From NCBI RefSeq assembly GCF_001194135.2, contig NC_068987.1:35969657-36012155 (forward strand): 42,499 bases of DNA, written 5' to 3'. A program made the position numbers and the translations under genes. Source of the stretch: Octopus bimaculoides. Its lineage: Eukaryota. Position 1 is the stretch's first letter. Each line of letters starts with the position of its first letter. The notes under the pieces were generated by a model, which made no database searches, was not told the origin of the DNA, and was given only the letters and a program-made list of their open reading frames with translations. Below are positions 35,273 to 42,499 of this stretch, in pieces.

Positions 35273-35507
35273 ATAGGAACTTTGTGTCAGTAATAGGAAG
35301 TTGGAATCGAAGTGAGAAAGGAAATAAAAGCTCAATGGGAGATGCAATATGAAATAAGGAGTCGTTATATATAACGAAAAAATAAGGTCTATAACAAAGT
35401 GGGAGAAAGAGAGAAAGTGGTATCGTTAAGTGATAAGACGACTCTCAATAGTGTACTTTACGTAAGTTCAAAAAATAGAAATATATAACTTTAGGAACGT
35501 TCATAGT

Positions 35508-35612
<105 letters not shown>

Positions 35613-35672
35613 AGGGTGATATTATGTACTGAAATGGATTTAGAACGATAGAGAAGGTTTAAGGAGAGAATG

Positions 35673-35972
35673 TTTTATAACGTGATTTCTGTTCACGTGA
35701 CCTTAATGTCGTGCACTAGTACAGTGCAGTATATAGTATCACGGAACGGAGTAGACACCAAGTGTCTCCATTTTAATGTATTCCCAAATACTCTGCCAAC
35801 AACTGTAACCAATCCGAAGCAAATCTCAACGAATTATAGCTTCTCAACAATTCCAGAGACTCCACAAACTCACGGACGACACCTTTCGAATTACTGTGAT
35901 TTCTCCTCCCTTGATCTCGGCCAAACATGCTGCTACTTATACGACTTCGGCTAGTCCATTCTCGCCATAACA
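35673..35972 (-). repeat. 3' LTR of the Gypsy element
   Basis: Homologous to 38477-38799 (shared gtattcccaaatactctg.aacaactgtaaccaatccgaa). Preceded on minus by a purine-rich agggcaga PPT remnant. Confidence 0.88.
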
Positions 35973-38476
35973 TCTGCCCTATGACTTTTGTAGGAAGTGC
36001 AATTTGTTTATTTAATTTTATTCTTTTTCTTTTTTCATCATCACCCCTCCGTTTTTTGAGATATTAATTTCCTCATAAGTTTTAATGACTCTTTCGCTTA
36101 CGGACTATTTCTACTCGTTCTGTTTATTTACGTCTTCTATTGCTGATCTGCCTAGGCTTAACGTCTTTTGACATTGGAACATTGAACAAATCATAACAAA
36201 CTTCCATCGACATTTCTTCCTTTTCTTTGGTATATCTAGTCTTCAACTGGTTCAAATGTCGCTTGTGCTCCCCTATTTGACCTTTTATTATGTACATCAT
36301 ACTGCCTATTCTTTTCGTAACTACACCGTCCTCTCAACCTTGTCTTCCATTCTTATATATGAACCTTATCTCCAACATTAAGATATTTGTTTGTGTTTCC
36401 TGTGTTCCCCTATATGTATATTCGTGTAGGTAACAATTTATAAAAAATTGGTTTCATCTTCAAGGCAAACATTAGCTCTGCGGGCAACTTGCCTGAACAG
36501 TTTCCCAGGTTATGTGTTACTCTGTAAACTCTTAAGAATTGAGTTAGTTCTGCATCATTGCGTAATTCATTTCCTGATTATTTAAGTGCTCGCTTAAATG
36601 TGACTTCGAACCTTTCTACTTGCCCATTTGATCTCGAGAGATATGGCGGAGTATAAATGTGCTTGACTGCATACATCTCACAGAAAGTTGGACACTGTAT
36701 CGCGCAAAAAGTTCGTGAAGGAATCTTAGTGTTACTTTCGAGATTGGTTGATTGCATTTGCATACCTCCAGCCACTTGGTGTAACTGTTTTGTATGATCA
36801 AGTAATACGTTCCGTTTATCGGTCCAGCAAAATCTGTATGTAGCCTGGACCACTTTCACTCTGATTTAGATCACGATTGGAATTTCACAGGTGGTGACTT
36901 TGCTGCGAGTGCACATCCTCCGCAGGATTTCACCAATTCTCCAATATCATGGTCCGTAGTAGGCCAGTACACGTAACTCCTCATTACTGATTTCATTCTT
37001 GAAAGCCCCAGTTGTCCCATATGGAAATCACTTAATACACGCTTCTGTAGTGTGGCTGGTACTACAACTCTTTGTGCATACATCAACACATTATCACACC
37101 CAGAAAAATGGTTTGCATTTGTGTTACGTATAATCCTATTTTCTTTTTAACTTCACCATTTCTTTCATCTTTGTAAATGAATTTGTCGTTCTCCGCTTTT
37201 AATTTCATATCTTGAACAGTTACTGGCAGCTCTCGAATGGCGTTACCCAAATGTGTTTTTATAGAACAGATTTATGGGGAGGTCCTCCAGTCAGTTCCGA
37301 ACAACTTTGTTGCATTTATTAACACAAACACTTTTAATTTATACGTTTTACCACTAAATGTTAATATCACTTACCATTTCACCTTAGAAGCGTAATCTTT
37401 CACCTGTGATGCCTCGCGCACTTTTAGATGTTTTTTTCCACATGTCGGTATCAATAATTATACGTCACTACTTGTGTCTAGTTGTAGTTTCACGTTTGTG
37501 TCGTTTATTTTTACATACACATACTACCCCTTTTGGGTGTCCTCACGACTTTCCCTTAAGCAAATCTTTTTAGAATTTTTTCCGACCTTTTTTGCTTCGC
37601 TATGCAGTTCAAGCTTCTATATCTTATTTTTGACAACTAAAACATTTCCGAGTTTTAAATGCACAGTCTTTCTTAAAATGCAGACTTCCACACCATTAGC
37701 ATGGATTTTGCCGTAATATTCTTTTTTATTTATTTATTTCCGGTCAGCATATCTGCACGTCAGAGAAATTGTTTCTTCTATTTTCTTTATGTCCTGTCGC
37801 AAGTAGATAATTCTTCGACATTCCTCTACTACAGCCTGTAGGGCTAAATTCTGGTCCTCCTGCTCTAGTTATTTAACAATCTGTGCACGTAGTTCTGCAT
37901 TTTATTGCTGTCAATTCTTGCACATACAAAGATGAGGCATTGAAACATGTCTGAATATAATGCATTTACATTTAATTTTTCGCACGTTTTATTTTATTTA
38001 CGATTCCGGCATAACTGACAAAAAACTCCCAATGAGTTTTAAACAGAGAATTGTTATAGATGAATATTTTGGATAGCAATTAAATTGTATCCTCGAAACA
38101 AATATCATTTCTTTTTATGTTTGGAAGGACTGGGTTTCTGAAACAGTAGTCTCACATTTTCCTCGTCTGTCCAACATTGCATACTTCATTCTGAAGTACG
38201 TCGAAAACGTTTTACCATCTTCTAGCTTATAACTAAATTCAGTTATAGCATCCTCTACGTCATCTGGCAAAGTCGAACTTGCGGTGTTTCCCGACTTCAA
38301 CATCAGGTCCAGCAACTGATTGTGTAGTGGTTGTTGGTGCTACTCCTGTTGATGTTGCTTCTGTTGCTTTTAAAACTGTAATACGTCTGCCTACAGGGTT
38401 TCCCTAATTAATGAATCTTTTGTATCATAACAAATTGTTAATGACCAGCGTAAGCTTCGAATCAACTCGGCACCAG

Positions 38477-38799
38477 TTTTCTAACGCGATTTCTGTTTAC
38501 GTCACCTTAGTGTCGTGCACTAATACAGTGTCATATAAAGAACAACGGAAAGGGGTAGACACCAACTTTCTCTACTTCGTGTATTCCCAAATACTCTGCT
38601 AACAACTGTAACCAATCCGAAACAATTCTCAACAAACTATAACAACTTCTCAACTATTTCCTGCGACTCCACATACTCGTGCATGACACCTTTCGACTTC
38701 CTGCAATTTCTCCTCTCTTTCTTTAGTCAAGTGATCTGCTACTTATATGAGTTCAGCTTGTTCATTCTTACAGGGGGTGTCATGATTCTCGCCATAACA
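38477..38799 (-). repeat. 5' LTR of the Gypsy element
   Basis: Homologous to 35673-35972; followed on minus by the PBS tggtgccgag. Confidence 0.88.
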
Positions 38800-38893
38800 G
38801 AATGTGAAAGAAAGAATCTCGACAGAGTACTCCCCGAAGGATCAATGAATCGAAATATATATAACTTCAGGAACCGAGAGCGGGCATTATACG

Positions 38894-38925
<32 letters not shown>

Positions 38926-39939
38926 TGTATGTATGTATGTATGTATGTATATACATATAAATAATATATATATATATATATATATNNNNNNNNNNNNNNN
39001 NNNNNNNNNNNNNNNNNNNNNNNNNNNNNNNNNNNNNNNNNNNNNNNNNNNNNNNNNNNNNNNNNNNNNNNNNNNNNNNNNNNNNNNNNNNNNNNNNNNN
39101 NNNNNNNNNNNNNNNNNNNNNNNNNNNNNNNNNNNNNNNNNNNNNNNTATATACATACACTCATGCAAGAATCTGTGTGTGTGTGTGCGTGCGTGTGTAT
39201 AGGGGAAGCACGATCTCTCTTGAACGTCAGCTACTTACAGGCTGGCTTTTAACTCTTAGCTACCAATTATGATTCCTCACATGATGATCAAGCCAATTTA
39301 GCTTTTCTGGGGGCGTCTACTCCTTAACGTGATTGACTAGCCTAGCGTATGTACATTAACTACAAAAGTGGGGGGGGGGGATTTTGTCCGTTAGATTACT
39401 GACCTGCTACGAACGGTTTGGGTTCTTTGACGTGAGAGCATTTTTTTTTCCACTTTGCCTCTTCAGAATTTTGAGCAGCATTGTAAGTGGAATCCGTAAC
39501 GCTATGCTTCGTGTCTCTCTAGCATTTCGAACATAACTGTAACCAAAATCGTGAACTGTATGTTTCTTGTCTTACCAACATTTTTAACAGAATTGTAACC
39601 AGAGTTTTCTGTGCTATCAGCAGGCTTTTCTAACCTCTTTATCTTCATGTTTATGAGCATTACAATATACAATATATTGACAATTATTAATGTCCTACAA
39701 GTTTGCTGTATCTAATTTTAGCAACAGTAATAAATGTTTCAGCGCGGTCAATTGTAACTTGCCTTTGCATTTGTTTATTGATATATATGCTGATTTCATT
39801 TAACAGAAGAATAATATTATCAGGACTTCAACCGCATTCCATACAATAACCTGACCGTTCAATCGTTAATTGTATATGTAAATTTTAAGGGCGTTCAAAT
39901 ATGCTTATGACATATTTAAGCTACTAAAGAGAATAAAAA

Positions 39940-40368
39940 TGCAGTTTACCGCCGAGAAAATTTCCCGCTTTTGGTAAAAGGTTTAAAGACTCAATTATCA
40001 GATCAGAACACCCTGTGTGGAGCGCTAAATGCGTATTTCATTCATCGCCCTAGCCTAACTTGTTTAAACTGCAGTGAAATTGCACTTACAAGTTGATATA
40101 TATCACGAACCAAACGATTCATTATTTCCACTAATGAATCACGCTATTTCTGAATTTAATGAGACCGAGCTGTCTTTTAGTACATGTCAGTAAACAATAT
40201 TCATTGATTTATTAGAAAGCTAAGCGTAACCTCCCTTTGCTACCCGCAACTGAAAAGGCAAAGGGTCATGAAATACGTGTCTGGCGCTCCATAGAGAGCA
40301 CTTCCAGCTGAAAATAATGTTTACACCTTTTACCATAAGGGAGGAAATTTTCTCAACGGTGAACTACA
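39940..40368. mobile_element. MITE-like element, about 430 bp, about 46-bp imperfect TIRs
   Basis: gcagtttaccgccgagaaaatttcccgcttttggtaaaaggtttaaa (about 39941-39986) versus inverted tttacaccttttaccataagggaggaaattttctcaacggtgaactac (about 40320-40367). No clear TSD. Confidence 0.7.
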
Positions 40369-40496
40369 GTGAAATTGTCTTTAGAAGTTGAAGTATGCCA
40401 CAAATCTATTTAAGCAAACATTATTTTTCCTCATTGTTTTGCACTAATACTAATGCATCTCTTTCTCTCTCTCTTCATTTCTCTGTCTCTTTCCCT

Positions 40497-40549
<53 letters not shown>

Positions 40550-41396
40550 GTCTCTGTCTCTCTCTCTCTCTCACTCTCTGCATATATATATATACATATA
40601 TATGTATATATATACAATTGAAGTACAATTTAAATTGGGAGATAGTTTGTAAGGCAAAATCTAATCGAATAGCTAGTAAATTTTGTTTATTATGTACTAA
40701 TGAATTTAAGGAGATATTAGTAACTAATAATAAAAAATTAGTTATTCCCTATATGAACGAAAAATTAAATGCAGACATAAGTTAAATTATTTATATAATA
40801 AATTTAGCTAATTTGTGTATATATATATAAACCCTATTTTATGTTATTAATAGTTGTACTTATAATTGTAGTAATAAAATGTGTATAAATTAGCACGAGG
40901 ATATATTAATATTTATAATATGGTTAAACTAAGATGTTGATAAAATGAATAAATTAATTAATGAAAATAGATTAAATTATAGAAATTTAGCTGAATTTTT
41001 GTATATTATGTATTTTGCGTATTTTAGTTTTAAATTCTTTAGACTTTAAAAGTTTCCAGTAAATGCTATACTACAGTTAATTTTTTCTTATTCTCACAGC
41101 TAAAAATACATTTTGTCATTTTAACAGCTTAAATACAAATGTCTATCTATTTATTCTATAATTTTTATTTACGTCATATTTTCAAGCGATATATTTTTTT
41201 TATAAACGGTAAGTTCTACGTTTTACGTTTAAAATTTTAGTTTAACAGTAATTCTGCGATAAAATAAATTATGGTTTTATTTTAAGTAATATTGTTAAAT
41301 GGTTTTCGATTATTTATTGTTAAAACAATTATCTTTCTATATTTATTTGATATTTATTATAAGTTAAGATACGTACATTGATTTTATTATTAATCT

Positions 41397-41461
41397 TCTT
41401 CTTCTTCTTCTTCTTCTTCTTCTTCTTCTTCTTCTTCTTCTTCTTCTTCTTCTTCTTCTTC
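41397..41461. repeat. (CTT)n microsatellite
   Basis: Direct reading; abuts a gap. Confidence 0.95.
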
Positions 41462-41905
41462 NNNNNNNNNNNNNNNNNNNNNNNNNNNNNNNNNNNNNNN
41501 NNNNNNNNNNNNNNNNNNNNNNNNNNNNNNNNNNNNNNNNNNNNNNNNNNNNNNNNNNNNNNNNNNNNNNNNNNNNNNNNNNNNNNNNNNNNNNNNNNNN
41601 NNNNNNNNNNNNNNNNNNNNNNNNNNNNNNNNNNNNNNNNNNNNNNNNNNNNNNNNNNNNNNNNNNNNNNNNNNNNNNNNNNNNNNNNNNNNNNNNNNNN
41701 NNNNNNNNNNNNNNNNNNNNNNNNNNNNNNNNNNNNNNNNNNNNNNNNNNNNNNNNNNNNNNNNNNNNNNNNNNNNNNNNNNNNNNNNNNNNNNNNNNNN
41801 NNNNNNNNNNNNNNNNNNNNNNNNNNNNNNNNNNNNNNNNNNNNNNNNNNNNNNNNNNNNNNNNNNNNNNNNNNNNNNNNNNNNNNNNNNNNNNNNNNNN
41901 NNNNN

Positions 41906-41946
<41 letters not shown>

Positions 41947-42109
41947 TGTCCAAGGTTATTGTAATTCTTATATATCATTATTGTACATGATAAAAACTCA
42001 CCTTCCAACTTTTGTTATTCCAGATGGAAGGAGACGACTGTAAGAGCACTTTGAACACATACTACTAAACATAATTGTCACAGCTGACTACTCGGTTGAA
42101 GGCATTTGG

Positions 42110-42430
42110 GACTGTGTGGAATAGGCTATATAATAGAGTTTCGTGTTAAATTCAACAAGAACGCTACAAAAGCATTTGGAATCCTGCAGACTGCTTATGA
42201 GTAAATTTTGTTGCTGGCACAAACGATTCAAGCACGGTAGAGAATTGGTGTAAGACGACGAGATTTGTGGGTGGGAGTGATATGCTGGAAAATCAGAGTT
42301 GGTTGAAAAAAGTCTCAGTTTTGTGGATGATCATTGTTTGTCTATAATGAAAATATGAATAGAGTTTGGATTAGATATCGCAACTGTACACATAATTATT
42401 TATGAAGATACTTGGGAATGTATGCATCGC
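42110..42430 (+). mobile_element. Mariner transposase N-terminal (HTH) remnant
   Basis: IEFRVKFNKNATKAFGILQTAYE / CWHKRFKHGRELV*DDE / VDDH...FGLDIATVHIII matches the mariner motifs KSATET..AYG, WHKRFKxGRExVEDDERSG and TVHxII. Confidence 0.8.
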
Positions 42431-42467
42431 GTTCAATTAAATAATAGATATTAATTAATGTACGATA

Positions 42468-42499
<32 letters not shown>

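Larger units (their letters stand above)
35673..38799 (-). mobile_element. Ty3/Gypsy (Mag-like) LTR retrotransposon, RT/RNase H deleted, pseudogenised
   Basis: Direct LTRs at 35673-35972 and about 38477-38799, both starting TGTTATGGCGAGAA on minus. PBS TGGTGCCGAG at 38466-38475; apparent TSD GAATG at 35668-35672 and 38800-38804. Domains: gag (EFSYKLEDGKTFSTYF), protease LQLDTSSD (about 37463-37495), integrase H2C2 (VVVPATLQKRVLSDFH...YVYWP...CGGC) and rve (YTKWLEV...PPYLSRSNGQVERF). Confidence 0.92.

Overview
AT-rich, gap-ridden eukaryotic DNA, dense in microsatellites and repeats. The SINE content suggests a cephalopod (octopus-like) genome; this is inference. No intact host gene, rRNA, true tRNA gene or CRISPR array is supportable, and most ORF-track entries are translations of microsatellites or N-gaps. 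The window is a graveyard of mobile elements: several R4/Dong-clade non-LTR fragments sitting in (TAA)n tracts, a Tx1-like LINE 3' end inside (GATA)n, RTE and CR1-group LINE relics, three tRNA-derived SINEs, an RT/RNase H-deleted Ty3/Gypsy element with both LTRs, PBS and TSD, mariner/pogo/Helitron scraps, two MITEs and a 245-bp-arm palindrome. The most striking object is at 28041-28817: a young, non-coding 351-bp unit arranged as a tandem plus inverted repeat. It carries two intact minimal type I hammerhead ribozymes on opposite strands, each capping a long rod-like stem (Penelope pLTR / retrozyme-like). A CR1-group LINE whose endonuclease is split by an apparent inversion (32890-35175) is the second most notable structure.
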